A stretch of 62,481 nucleotides of DNA, counting the filler. It is 11 parts of 11 records of this genome, joined end to end, with 100 filler letters (N's around TTAATTAATTAA, not from the genome) between each part and the next. Parts side by side here need not be neighbours in the genome. Positions count along the whole stretch, not along the records: positions 10,799 to 21,719 come from SRR7504441_8947; positions 21,820 to 29,209 come from SRR7504441_8950; 9 more parts are not named here. One strand, written 5' to 3'. Both the position numbers and the translations under genes were made by a program. The notes below the pieces were generated by a model. That model was not told the origin of the DNA. It worked only from the letters and a program-made list of their open reading frames with translations, and searched no databases. Positions 10,898 to 22,898 of this stretch are shown in pieces. The first letter of the stretch is position 1. Every line of letters begins with the position of its first letter.

Positions 10898-13341
10898 ATG
10901 CAGCGCACCCTGGGAGCGCGCTCCAACTCGCCGGTGCCAGCGGCGTGTGCCCGCCGGCTAACGGGGCCTCCAGAGCTTACGGCCGTCGTCGGCCTCTGGC
11001 CCCCGGCCACGGGCCACCAGCGAGCCGCGGAAGCGCAGCAGACGCCGATCTGGCGAGGGCCAGTCGCGGCACAACGTGCTCGTGGCGATCCGGGTGCGGC
11101 CGCTGAGCGCCAAGGCACCTGCCCAGGACTGGCCTGGTCTGATGGCAGTGCAGGAGGCGGCTGTGGAGGACAGCGCGGATGGCCGGTGGACGTTTGATGA
11201 GCAGCGGATCGTGCAGGCAGCAAGGGACCGGGGGCTGCGCCGAGCGGCCGGGCAGGAGACGCCGACTAGCGACCAGGTGTACCATTTCGATCGGATCTTC
11301 CCGCCGTCGGTGCCTGCCCGGCCGGGGGCGGAGCCGGGAGCCAGGGGTTGCAGGCCTCGACCAATTCGATTTATCTGTCGATGGCCAGGGATATCGTGCA
11401 CGCCGCGGTGGTGAACGGGTACAATGGCTGCGTGCTGGCGTACGGGCAGGTACAGGCCCGGCTGCGTGCTGCGGGTGAGCCGGGTGCAGACCGCCAGTGG
11501 CAAGACGTTCACAATGCTTGGGGAGGGCAAACACCTTGGGATTACGCCGCTCGCTATCAAAGATGTGTTCGCACACATAGCCAAGGTGCCGGGCGCCGGC
11601 GGGGCTGGGCGAGCGACGGCAGGTGACTGACCGGAAGTTCACGGTGCGTGCGAGTTACATTGAGATTTACAACGAGGAGATGCATGACCTCCTGACCGAG
11701 GGCGATCATGTCAAAGGCTCAGTCAAGCTACGGGGCGGCTCGGTGCCCGGGCCTGCCAGGCCGGCTGATGGCGGGCAGGACATTGTGTTTATCGAGGGTC
11801 TGGCCGAGATCGAGATCAGCACAGTGCGGCAGGCGCTTTCTCTGATTGTCCAAGGCGAGGAGCGTCGAAAGGTGGCGGCTACAAACTGGAACGATCACTC
11901 CTCGCGCTCGCACACGCTCTTCCGATTGGCGATCGAGTCGACATCGGCCACTCAGGTGTGGTAGAGTCCAGCTGGCTGGGCTGAACGAGCGTGCAGGTGA
12001 TCAGCTCGGTCTTGTATCTAGTCGACTTGGCAGGATCCGAATGCATCGGCCAGCTAGGCGACGCCACCCGCCGGTCCGAGTGCCGGCTGATCAACCGGTC
12101 GCTCCACGCGCTCGGGCGCGTGATCTTGTCGCTCGCACGGCCGTTTGAGCCGGCGGCGCACGTGCCGTTTCGAGACTCCAAGCTGACTCGAATACTGCAG
12201 GTGAGAGTGCGGGCCAGGCAGAGGCTTACCGGGGGGGCAGCCGGCGCTCGGCGGGAACTGCCGGACACTGATTGTGTGCACGATCAACCCGGCCTACTGC
12301 CACGCTGACGAGACTGTGAACACGATACGGTTTGCGATGCGGGCGCAGCATGTGGAGCTGCAGCCCGAGATCAACCTGATCGTCGACCCGAATGAACTGG
12401 TCCAGCGCCAGGCAACTGCTCTCTTGTGCTGGCTCAATGCTGTGCGCAGGAGCTAGAGATACGAGAGCTCAAGAGGAGGCTCGCCCTGCAGCAGAACAGC
12501 AGCCAGCCGGGGGAGCTGCCCAGCCCGTCGCCCGGGCAGGCCGGTGCCCAACAACGGACAGCTGTGCTCGAGGGGGAGGTCAGGCAGCTCCGGACGCAGC
12601 TGGAGAGTGTTCAGATCTCAATAAACCGAGGCTCAGAACCGGACGGGCGGGCTGGTGCAAGTGAGCTGCAGACTGAGGAGGTCAAAATGCTCCAGCACAA
12701 GGTGCAGCGGCTGCGGGCCCGGGCGGCCCAGCAGCACAAGAGCTCGCAAGACTCGAAGCAGCGGATGACAAACCTGGAGGAGAAGGTTCGTGTGCTCAGC
12801 TCACGCGAGTCGGAGCCTCGCGAGGACAGCTCGGGGCAACGGGCGGACCTGGCGGCGGTGGTGTCGGCAGTGGAGGGCGGGGTGCAGGCCGATATCACGG
12901 ACGCGATCCTCTGGCTGGTGCTGGGTACGGGGATACAGATGGAACACGTGACGTCGACAGGCCAGCGGCGGCCAGTGATCATGCGCTTGTCACCGGCTCA
13001 CGACGCCATAGGATATGGCTACCCGAGCCAGGGGGGGGGCTAGGAGCATCGAGACGTGGCACTCGGTGAAGACGGGCACAGTCAGTGAGCTGGTGGACGG
13101 CCAGTGCCGTGATGTGTTTGGAGGACAGCACACCGGGGCTCAAAGCCGGTCGTTCTCTGTGATCCACGCGAGTGGGTCGCTCGACATGACGGCGCCGAGC
13201 TCTGTCGCGTATGACCTCTGGGTCGAGGGGTTGGAGCGGATCTGCTCGTTGGAGATGACGGTCGAAGACGACGAAGGCCTAAGCCAATCCATCAGCCCCA
13301 GAGCGCGGCAGGAGCTCAATAAGAGTCTCGGCTATGAATAA
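10898..13341 (+). CDS. N-terminal kinesin motor (kinesin-7/CENP-E-like) with coiled coil and C-terminal PH-like domain
   Basis: VAIRVRP, YGQTASGKT P-loop, [22 protein letters not shown] and [14 protein letters not shown]; 10 inferred introns of 36-44 nt; apparent frameshift at G9 tract 13031-13039. Confidence 0.92.
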
Positions 13342-13560
13342 AAGGTTCTATTGTAGTGAAGGTGCCCACGCGTAGAGAGTTTGATCACAGTCATCGTCCA
13401 CCTAGGTGCGGGTCGCGTTAGAGTCGCGTAGCTGCGTGTCGCGTTGCATGCACTGCCGCGTTGCATGCGCTTCAGCCGCCGGCTGTCACGTCAGCGCAAG
13501 CAATATCGAAGATATAAATAGTCAATCAGCACCGGACAGGAGTGGTGGCAGCGCGGCGGG

Positions 13561-16500
13561 ATGGCGGAGCTGCTGAAGCGGTGGGTGAACGAGCTGGGGG
13601 TGACCCCGGTGGTGAACTTCGAGAAGGACCTGGCCAATGGGTTCATCTACGGCGAGATCCTGGCCCACCCCGCACACGACCTGCTCACTGCCGAGGCCTT
13701 CGCCGCCTTCATGTCCAGCGACTCCGCCGAGGCCAAGGCAGCCGGCTGGGCGGGCGGCGGGTGAGCCGGGGGCAGGTGACTAACTTCCAGCTGCTGGCCC
13801 CAGTGTTCCGCGACCTCGGGATCAAGTTCAGCTCGCTGAGCGCCAACCAGATTATGGCACGCCCGCCGGCCCCGCGGGGTGCCAGCCGGCGGGCAGGTCC
13901 GGAAGCAGGGGGTGGCACTGCGGCTGCTGCATCAGATCAAGCAGGCCCTTCAGACACTCCAGCAGAACGTCTTCTCCTCTTCGAATAAGGCCTCCTATCC
14001 TGGCTGCCAGCGCCGCCTCACCCAGGGCTGGCAGGTGCTGGATTTCGACCCGGCAGACACACAGACCCTGAACGAGGCAGGGTCGGTAGCCTATCTGTCC
14101 GGGTCCAAGACGCTGGGGAAAACCCGGTACGAGGATATCGAAAAGACCCGATTCGACGACCGGATGCGAAAGATGGTGCCAAACTCTTACGAGCAGAAGC
14201 TGACTGCGCACCTGAAACACTTCCAAGACCACGCAGAGAGCGTGGACGAGAAGAACCGGATCTTGCACGAGGAGGACATGATGCGCGAGTCCCAGGACAA
14301 GATCGACCGCAGGCAGGTGATGAGGGACAAATACCTGCAGAATAAACAATTCAACGCAGAGTGGCAGAGCCAGGGGCTGGCGATACACCGTCAGAACCAG
14401 CTCAACCGACGGGGTGAGGTCAAGCGAGAGATCGCCTTCGAGATGGCCCAAAGCCAGAATGTCGTTAACAGGGAGAGTCGCGGCAGGGCGAGCGCGCGTG
14501 AGATGGTCGTGGACAGCATTGACTCTTTCGAGACAACGCTTCGACGGCTGGGCAAACTGGAGACCGAGGCGCTGAGTGAGGAGACAATCCGCGAAAAGTG
14601 CAAAGCTCCGGAGACCACCGCGCTCGAGCGGATGCGCACAATTGAGCATTCGCTTGCCGACTTTGGAGACATGCAGTCGGCGGCCAACGCACACATCCGG
14701 ACGCTGAAGAAGAAGAAGGCCGAGGAGGACGCCTCGCGCAAGGAGCGGGATCAGCGGCGGCGGAAGGTGCTGCTCGACCAGCAGTCGGCCCAGAAGGAGC
14801 TGGAGGAGCGCCGGCGTGAGGAGATGTTGCTCGAGAAGCTATGCAGACAGTCGAGGGAGGAGCGTAAGCTAGCCGAGTCGCTCTGGGAGTGCCAATTGCA
14901 CAAGGACCTGATGCGCGAAAACCGCGTGTTCCGAGACAAGCAGGAGAAGGCCCAGGCCGCGCGCGACAAGCAACTGAAGCTCGAGGCTGAGAAGGCAATC
15001 AGGGCGCAGGCTTATGACGAATACCAACGGCAAGTCGCTGAGACCGTGCGGCGGCGCGACGAGTTCGAGGCCAAGCTGCAGGAGGAGAAGACGGCCAAGC
15101 ACGAGGCACTGGGTCTGGAGGTGATGGAGTCGGTTCTTGACCTGGTGGCGAGGATTGAGTTGCACAAGGAGAAGACTGACGGGCTCTGGCCGGATGAGGA
15201 GTACGTCGAGTGGTGCAACAGTCTGCAGGCGGGCCAGTCGCTCTGGCCGCCGCCGCCCGAGGAGCCGGACCCTGCCGAGCTGGCCCGGATGGAGCAGGAG
15301 GCAGCAGATCTGCATGACCCCGTGAGGGTGGCAGACTCTAAGAGGCTGGACAACATGGAGTGGCTCCGTTACCTTTCGTGGACCGGTGTCTGGGGCTTCC
15401 AGCAAGAAGGCCAACCCAAGCCCGGCCAGACTGAGCCGCAGCCACCGCCGTGCGGGTCACAGAACCAGTTTCTGTGTGATGCGGTCCAGCAGCTTCAGCT
15501 GGCAATCGCGCCGGTGGTGCCCCAGCAAGCCCCGCCTGTGATGCCCAAATTCCCGATTCGTGCGTGCATCTTGGGCAAGCCGTATGCGGGGAAGTCGGCG
15601 CTAAGCATAGCAATGGAGCAAAAGCTCGGCTGCAAGCGACTGTCACCAGATGTGCTGGTGACCGAGGCCATTGATAGCTACAGGGCCGTGATTTTTGACG
15701 AGGACGTGGCGGAGAAGGTTGCGCAGGACAAGACACTGCAGCTGGGCAAGCAGGCCTTCGAGCAGCTGGCCGAAGGTCTCGGGGTGGATGATGCCACGAT
15801 TGTGGCGCTGCTGGTGCATGTGATTCAGATGCTGGACACGCAGATGAGCGAGGATGGCACAACACCAGTCGGATGGGTGCTGGACGGTTTCCCCTGCACC
15901 GTGCAGCAGGCCAAATTGTTTGAACAGAGTGCTTCCGGCTACGTGGAGCCCACGGAGCCCTCCAGTGCATTCTCTTCACAACTTGTGGCTGCGCAGGCAG
16001 GCTCCGAAGACAGCAGCCGTGAGTCGGTCAAGCCAGCCATTGGGATGGTGATTGTGCTGGAGATCGAGGACTTGGCCGTGGAGCGACGGGCTCATGGGCA
16101 CATGGTGGACATTGAGGACAACCTCCGCCGTTATCACCTATCTAGTGACCCTCCGGAGCTGGGTGAGAACAAGTTCCTCAATCTGGTGCCAGAGGAGAAC
16201 GAGTCGTCAGCCGACTTGCATATAGGGCCCAGGATGCGGTGCTATCAGGAGAACGAGCGGCCACTGCTCCAATTTTTTGGCGAATTTGGAGTGGTGGAAC
16301 GGATTGATGGGGCACCTAACCTGCCAGACGTGGAGCAGGTAGTGGAGGAGAAGCTGAAGGATCTGGAGTATCAGTTTAATGATCTCAAGGACAGGGAGTT
16401 CCGAACTCGCCCACCAACGGACCTGACCGGCTGGGGAGAGGACATCAAGGGGCCAGAGGTGGACCAAGAACTCAATGAGGAGGAGAGTACCAAGCTTAAG

Positions 16501-18120
16501 GAGCAACAAGTGGCCGAACTCTTGCTCACCCAGTGGATGGCAGTCGAGAAGGAGGTGACCTCAAAGAGCAAGGCCGTGTTCAGTGCAATCCGGGCAATTC
16601 GACAGAACGCGGTGGCGCACTATGCTGAGCTCAAGGAGGCGTTTGCCGAGTATCTGCATCGGCCAGACCAGCGAGCAATGGAGGCAGTTCGGTTCCAGGA
16701 TGGGTTTAATTCAATTGAGGAATGGATGCGTTCGGATGTCGAAGTCAAGCAGGAACTGCACTTGCGCGCGGACGAGCTGCAGGAGCGGCTTTGGGATGTA
16801 TCAGACCAGGCCAGGGCTGCCTCGGATGAGGAGCGGTACTCGTTGCTGGGCGACGGCTGGCTGCAGGATAAGTGTGCCGAGTGTACGTTCCAATTGACCA
16901 AGCTCATCCAGATGGAGGTGCTCCGGTACCAGGCCGCCAGCATGCTCCTTGAGACACGCGACATGTTTATCAAAACTGGCCAGCTGCCTGCCAAGATGGA
17001 CTTGCTCCAGCACACTCAACAATTGATTCAGTGTGAAGCGGTCTGGGAGCGGTTGATCCTCTACCCCGGTGCTCACTGTCTCACTCTTGTATGGCACTAC
17101 GCGGACGCCCTCATCAATCACAAAGTCGGTGCCGTCCAGCTGGATATCGTGTACCAGCATCTCCTCTGCCTCGATGGCTTCCCTCACAAGCTTGACAAGC
17201 CCAGTGGTGCTCGATACCTCACCCTTGTACCGGTCGTCCAACCACTTTAGCATGGACTCTCCAAGCTGCTCTGCTCGAGTGCGCAGTCCGCCAATCAACT
17301 CTTCGCCACGCACAAGGATGCTCTTCAGGCGGGCGCGGCACACCCTCACCTCAGCAACCAGCTCATCCTTGCAGTGCTCCTTCTCCTCCAGTGACTCCTC
17401 CGTCACTACGAGCTCCTCGCTCTGCTGGTGCATCGCCTGCAGACTGGAGAGCAGCTGCTGAAGATCTGGTACCACTGGCGCAGCTCCACCCTCCTCTGGC
17501 GCCGACTCACGCGGTGGAATGCCATCAGGGGGGACCACGAGCGCGTCTGTTAGGTCAAAGCCGAGCACGAGCATCTACTGCGTTGTGCTCCAGTCGGCTG
17601 CATACGAACCGAGGACTTCTGCTGGCTGCTCCGTCGGGTAGCAAATGACGGCTGCATCCCGTCCGAGTGGCTGCACGAGGATGAGCATCAGCTGGTCGCT
17701 GGGATCAACAAAGTTCTCAGCCGGGTCGACACTGGGGGCACTGGGGAGGTCAACTGGCGGGAGTTCTTGTTGGCCGCGGCGCTGCCTACGTACCCAACAG
17801 ACCAGGAGCTGCTTGACATGCGCCGGCTGTTTGATCAGGAGGATAGCGACAGTGATGGCCGGGCCACTATGGATGAGTATGGTAAAGTGCCGCTCTGGTT
17901 TGATAGCTCAGACCTTATGGACGAGAATCGCAAGCAGCAGTTGCGTGCGCTACTCTGGCCACTGTTTTCGGTGCCCGATCCGGCCACACCGGATGACGAT
18001 GGGCTGAGGCTATTTGACTACCTGGCCATGCTGTTGCACCTGAGTGCATCCAGTACCATCGAGGGTGGGGTCCGGCGAGCCTTCCGGACACTTGCCAATG
18101 GGGACGTGCCGATGCAGCGG
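13561..18120 (+). CDS. SPEF2: Sperm flagellar protein 2 / CPC1-like central-pair protein, with an internal inverted block; 3' end lost
   Basis: N-terminal CH domain (FEKDLANGFIYGEIL), long coiled coil, adenylate-kinase-like domain (GKPYAGKS, GWVLDGFP) and EF-hand region (VNWREFLL, VPLWF); three GC-AG introns at 13738-13775, 13857-13896 and 13990-14034. Confidence 0.85.
17008..17568 (-). other. Inverted internal SPEF2 coding block (187 codons)
   Basis: The minus strand encodes SPEF2-like WLDDRYKGEVSS...AIEAEE...LDGTDFVID; bounded by TGCTC (17003-17007) and GAGCA (17569-17573). Confidence 0.85.
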
Positions 18121-19417
18121 GAGGTGATCTTCCAGGAGACAGAAGACTTTTCGGAGACAGCAGTAGTTGAAGGGATTCGAGCCCAGTTTGTGCTCGACCT
18201 CGAGAACTTTAGGTGTCAACTGGAGGATATGATTAGGGCGGCGGCAGATACAGGTCCAGATGGTATCTCGACGATTTCTGCTCGAAAGGCTCGTGAAACG
18301 CTAAAGCTGCTCGACCCATTGAGAACACGAGAGGAGTGCCAACAGATAGTGGTGCAGATATTTGATGCTCCAGCACTTGAGGTGTTTGATGAGGACATAA
18401 TGGTCGACCGCGAAAGCGCAGGCTGACCAGCTTGCAATAGAGGACCTGCTGCAATTCCATCTAGAGCTTCTTTGGGGAAATCACGCTCCAGCACTCTAGC
18501 TTCTGGAAGGGTCACACGCTCCAGGTTGCGACCCATTTGCTTAAGCTGGTCGGCTTGATCATCCATCGTCTGCTGTAGCTTCTCCAGCTTGCTCAGCACA
18601 CACCCAGCCAGTGGGTCAGGCCCAATCACTGGCTCGAAAGTGAGGGACCGTACCATGTCACATATTTGGGCAGAGACGCCACGAAACGGACCGAGCTCCT
18701 CCGACATGTCACGGAGCGCAGTCAGACAAACATCGAGCTTCTCGGAGTCGCTAACGTCTCGAGCTGAAAGAGCCTGACTCAGCCGTACCTCAAATTTGAC
18801 AGCAGCTGAGCGGTAGCCGGGTTCTGCACTGGGTCGAAGCGCCGCCTGCCCGGGATATGCTATAGTCATTACACCCACGGCGAGTAGACACCTCTGTGAG
18901 GAAAGTGCTGCCTTTTGATGGGGTTGTCGCAGCAAGTTGATTGTCCATCTCCTGCACCAAGTCTATTCAACGTGCGATTCTTAACACTGTTAGTCTTGCC
19001 TGCTCGAAGGAGAGCGGTACGCAGCCGTCGAGCTGCTGCTCGAGGTGATCTAAACGGGCAGCGACCCGTTGCCTTCCGCCGCTGATCAGTTCCTGGCCTA
19101 TTAGATCAGTGTCACCGTTCGATCTCAAGCAGCTCGATCGGTGCACAGCCAACCAGCCCAGCTTCCATCGAGGCCGACCTGGCCACACAATCGGCCGGAG
19201 TATTCCAGGCTGTTGCAGCACCATTTGGTCACGTGGTCCCGAAAGCTCAGCATCTGCTCGCGCAGCGACGTCGACAGCCGACCTGCCCAGTGTCGATTAA
19301 ATGTCCACATACAGGTGGGCACCCAGCTGGGCGGCCGCCAGCCTGCACTCGCGCTTACTCCGCTTGTCCTTCCCAGTACTGCGGAATTCGGGCTTCTCTG
19401 GGCCTCTGATCGAGCAT
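18120..19417 (-). CDS. TSNAXIP1-like ciliary protein, rearranged: N-terminal part on minus, C-terminal piece on plus at ~18120-18420
   Basis: Minus strand gives EKLDVCLTALRDMSEELGPFRGV plus a coiled coil; plus strand gives IFQETEDFSETAVVEGIRAQF...LKLLDPLRTREE; the start codon is tentative. Confidence 0.5.
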
Positions 19418-19513
19418 TCGGATTTGGCCCTGGGAGGGTACAGCCGGGGCGACGAGCTCTTTAGACGAGCTTAAGCTTATAGCTGAGCTAGCGATGGTGG
19501 CATGAGATCGATC

Positions 19514-19569
19514 AATAGAAGGCGTAGCCTACGAATAGAAGGCGTAGCCTTCCTAGACTACGCCTTCTA
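19514..19569. repeat. Direct plus inverted repeat in a divergent intergenic region
   Basis: AATAGAAGGCGTAGCCT at 19514 and 19534, followed by the reverse complement of its core, CTACGCCTTCTA, at 19558-19569. Confidence 0.9.
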
Positions 19570-19751
19570 GTCTAGTCTAATACCTACGTACGTGTACGCT
19601 ACGTGTACGCCCTCCTCTGTTCGTCAGTTTCAAGGAAGGGCGTTCGGTCAAGAAGGGCGTTGCGCTACCGTTGCGGCCAGGCATCACGGCACTTGCCAAG
19701 TGCTGAAGCGGGGCGCCCAGCAGCGGCTGTTGGGGCAGCGGGTCGGGCCCG

Positions 19752-21719
19752 ATGGCCGAGCCGCACAGCTCGACTGGGCTGAGCTCAGACATCTCGGAGG
19801 GCTCGGACGAGGAGGACTTGCCCTCCGAGGCTGCCTCCGGCCGCAGCGGCAAGATCGTGGTGCACGAGGCCGGCCAGAGCCTCGGACTCTCACTGGCCCC
19901 GCACGCGGAGGGCACCCTGGTGTACGCCACCGTCTCGACCCATCCGGACAAGCTGGCCGCGGTGGGGATGGTTCTGGCCGCCATCGTGCCCGCCCGGGGC
20001 CAAGGGAGCAACCTGGCGGGGCTGTCTCCCGATCAGGTGGCCAAGGCGATCAAAGCCACCAGCCCGCCCTACACGCTCTACCTCAACGGTGCCGCGCCGG
20101 CCTGGGCCTGGGCTCACCTCAAGGCAGAGACCCAGGAAGCCAGGATCGAGAGCGAGCAGGCCGCTGCCGCCCGGATGGAACAGGCCTTCCTTTCCGCCGA
20201 CCCTCTGGCCGAGGCCGGCCGGTGCCCCCTGCCCGCGGCGGGGCGGCTGAGCGTGGGTCAGGTGGGACGCGACGGTGGCCGGGGTGGACAAATTCACGGA
20301 CCAGCTGCGAGCTGCCGAGGATCGGTGTGTTGAGCTGGAAGCAGAGCTGGCCTCAGTCCAGCTTCGCGAGCAGAGAAACCTGCAGAGCGCCCAGGCCCGG
20401 ATGGAGAAATGTGAGGCCGAGCTGGAGGAGCTGCGGGCCGGGGCGCCGTCGGGCGAGCAGGAGAGGGCGCTGGCCAAGAGCATTCAGAGGGCCGAGCGGG
20501 CTGAGAAGGAGGCCACCGAGGCGCAGAGCAGCGTGGCCAGGCTGGAGGCCGAGCTGGGTGGGGCGCGGGCCCAGTTAGCAGCCGAAGAGGCCAGGTCAGC
20601 TGCCGAGGCTGATGATGAGAGCGAGGCGCTGGTGGAGCTGAGAGTGCAACTGAGTGGAGTGCAGCAGGAGAAGGACAGGCTGGCGGCCACCGGGGAGTCG
20701 CAGGCGTGCGAGGTGCAGGCACTCGAGGCGCACACTGAGGAGCTGATCACTCAGCTGGCAACAGAGCGGGCAGGCAGGGAACAGGATCAGAGCAAGGCCG
20801 AGGAGGCGACGGCCGAACTAACCAGCCAACTGGAGGTGCTTCGAGGGGAGCTGAGTGCAGCTAAAGCCAGCGGAGCAGAGCAGGCCGAGCAGAAGGAAGG
20901 CGCACAGTTGGAGAGTTTGCGGATAGAGCTTGCAGAGAGCAAGAAGGCGCTGGAGGCTGCTGAGCAGATTGATCAGGCGAGCAGCAGCCCAGAGGTTGTG
21001 GCGCTTCAGGAGGAATTGGATCAAACACGGGCCAAGGCGGTGGAGCGTGAGCAAGCACTCGAGGCGAGCACAGCGGAGGTGACCACCCTGCGGTCAGTTC
21101 TGGTACAATACGAGTCCAAGAAGGAAGCCGCGCTGGCTGCGATAGGAAGCGCCTCCAAGACCGGTGCAGCCGTGGCCGAACTGGCGGCTCGGGTGGCTGC
21201 GGTCAATGGCGGGCGGTTCCGGCAGATACGGCTGATTTTCAGGGCGATGCAGGTGGAGCAAACCGATAGGATTGATATCCAGGAGCTGTACAAGGTGGGA
21301 CAGCTTGTATTCGGGCAGCTGGATGACTCTTGGACAATGGATAAGTGCAGCGCCCTCTTCAAGAGCATAGACACCACAGGCAGCGGCGCAATCGATGAGG
21401 TTGAGTTCACGCTGTACCTGGGCGAGCTTGTTGAAGGCCAAGAGCTCGACCAGCCCAAGCTGAATGTCAAGACAGAGGCTCGTAGCCTGGACCAGGCCAG
21501 CACGCTGGTACCTAGGGCAGAGCAGGAGAGGCTAGAGGAGCAACTGCACAAGCTGCAGAGCTACACCACCGAGTTGGAGCAGAGACTGGCCGAGGCCGAG
21601 CGTGCAGCCGAGGAGAGTTCTGGCAAATGGATGGCTGCTGCCGCAACGGCAGAGAAGACAAGTAATGATCGGATAGCTGAGGCTGCGCTGGCAGCCGAGG
21701 AGAACTCCAGCAAATGGAT
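19752..21719 (+). CDS. PDZ-like, coiled-coil and EF-hand protein, 3'-truncated at the spacer
   Basis: SLGLSL PDZ-like N-terminus; one 40-nt GT-AG intron near 20222-20261; long coiled coil; EF-hand IDTTGSGAIDEVEF. Confidence 0.65.
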
Positions 21720-21819
21720 NNNNNNNNNNNNNNNNNNNNNNNNNNNNNNNNNNNNNNNNNNNNTTAATTAATTAANNNNNNNNNNNNNNNNNNNNNNNNN
21801 NNNNNNNNNNNNNNNNNNN

Positions 21820-22898
21820 CGAGCGTGCTCAAGCGGTTTAAGCCAGTCGGCACGTACGATATGAAACAGACTGCAGCTGGGAAGCAGCCCGCAGAGATGG
21901 CGTTCGTAGATATGGTCAACAGGCTGGAGAGTGAAGGCTACTTTGGCCCGGAAGTGGACTATTATAAACAAAAGGTGGCCTTCTGCGCATTCTTGTTTGC
22001 GCTTTCGGTCTGGGGCACGGCGGTTGGGTTCGTACTGGCACCTGGAGCGGCAATGGGGCTGTTCTTTATGCAAGCTGGTTTCCTGACGCACGATCTAATG
22101 CACAATCAAATATTCAAAAAGAGGCAAGTTGACCAGCGGCACGGGTGGTTCTGGGGGAACATTTGCCTGGGGGCCTCAAGTGTCTGGTGGAAGGTCGAAC
22201 ACTTTGAGCACCACGCATTCACCAACACTTACGTAGAAGGCGTTGGGACCGCAGACCCACAGCAGCATGAGGCGCCGCTCTGGGCGCAGGACAAGGCGCT
22301 CCGGTCGACCACCAGCCCGCTATTGCAGCGGATTCAGCACTTTACTTTCCTGCCGATTTTGTTCATCGCAGGCCGGTTTGGGCTAGTAATTGCGTCCTAC
22401 ACGATGCAGCGGGGCTTGAAGGAGCACATCGGATGCGTGCTGCACTGGTGCTGGATGTGCGTCATTCTTAAGCTCGTGCATGGCCACCATGGCTGGTCTG
22501 GCGTGGTGGTGTTCTATCTCACAGCTGGTTTAGTTCAGGGCATTCTGGCGCTGCAGTTGTGCATATCGCACTACGACAAGCCGTTCATAGAGAAGGATGA
22601 AGCCAAGGGCGAGGCTGGCTGGCTGAGGCGGCAAGTGGAGACAACCAAGGACGTAGACTGCCCTTGGTGGCTGGATTGGTTCCATGGCGGGCTCAACTTA
22701 CACCGAGTGCACCACTTGATGCCACGGTTGTGCAGATCTCGGTATCGCGAAGTGAACAAGCAACTCGACGAATTGCTTGATGCACATGGCATCGAATCTG
22801 ATGTAGAGCCCTTCAGCTCAGCTGTTTGGTCAACACTGACGCACATGCAGAATCAAGCATACACTGTCTCCCTGATCGATCTGATCTACGGCGCATGA
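21820..22898 (+). CDS. Front-end-type fatty acid or sphingolipid desaturase, 5'-truncated
   Basis: His boxes HDLMH, WWKVEHFEHH and WFHGGLNLHRVHHL; transmembrane segments. Confidence 0.9.

Noticed and set aside
10898-12449. Alternative genetic code, selenocysteine or programmed frameshifting to explain broken ORFs
   Set aside because: Short GT/GC-AG introns restore the conserved motifs, and the stops fall inside introns
10934-14034. Introns as Introner-like mobile elements
   Set aside because: Lengths are similar, but I see no shared sequence, terminal repeats or target duplications among them
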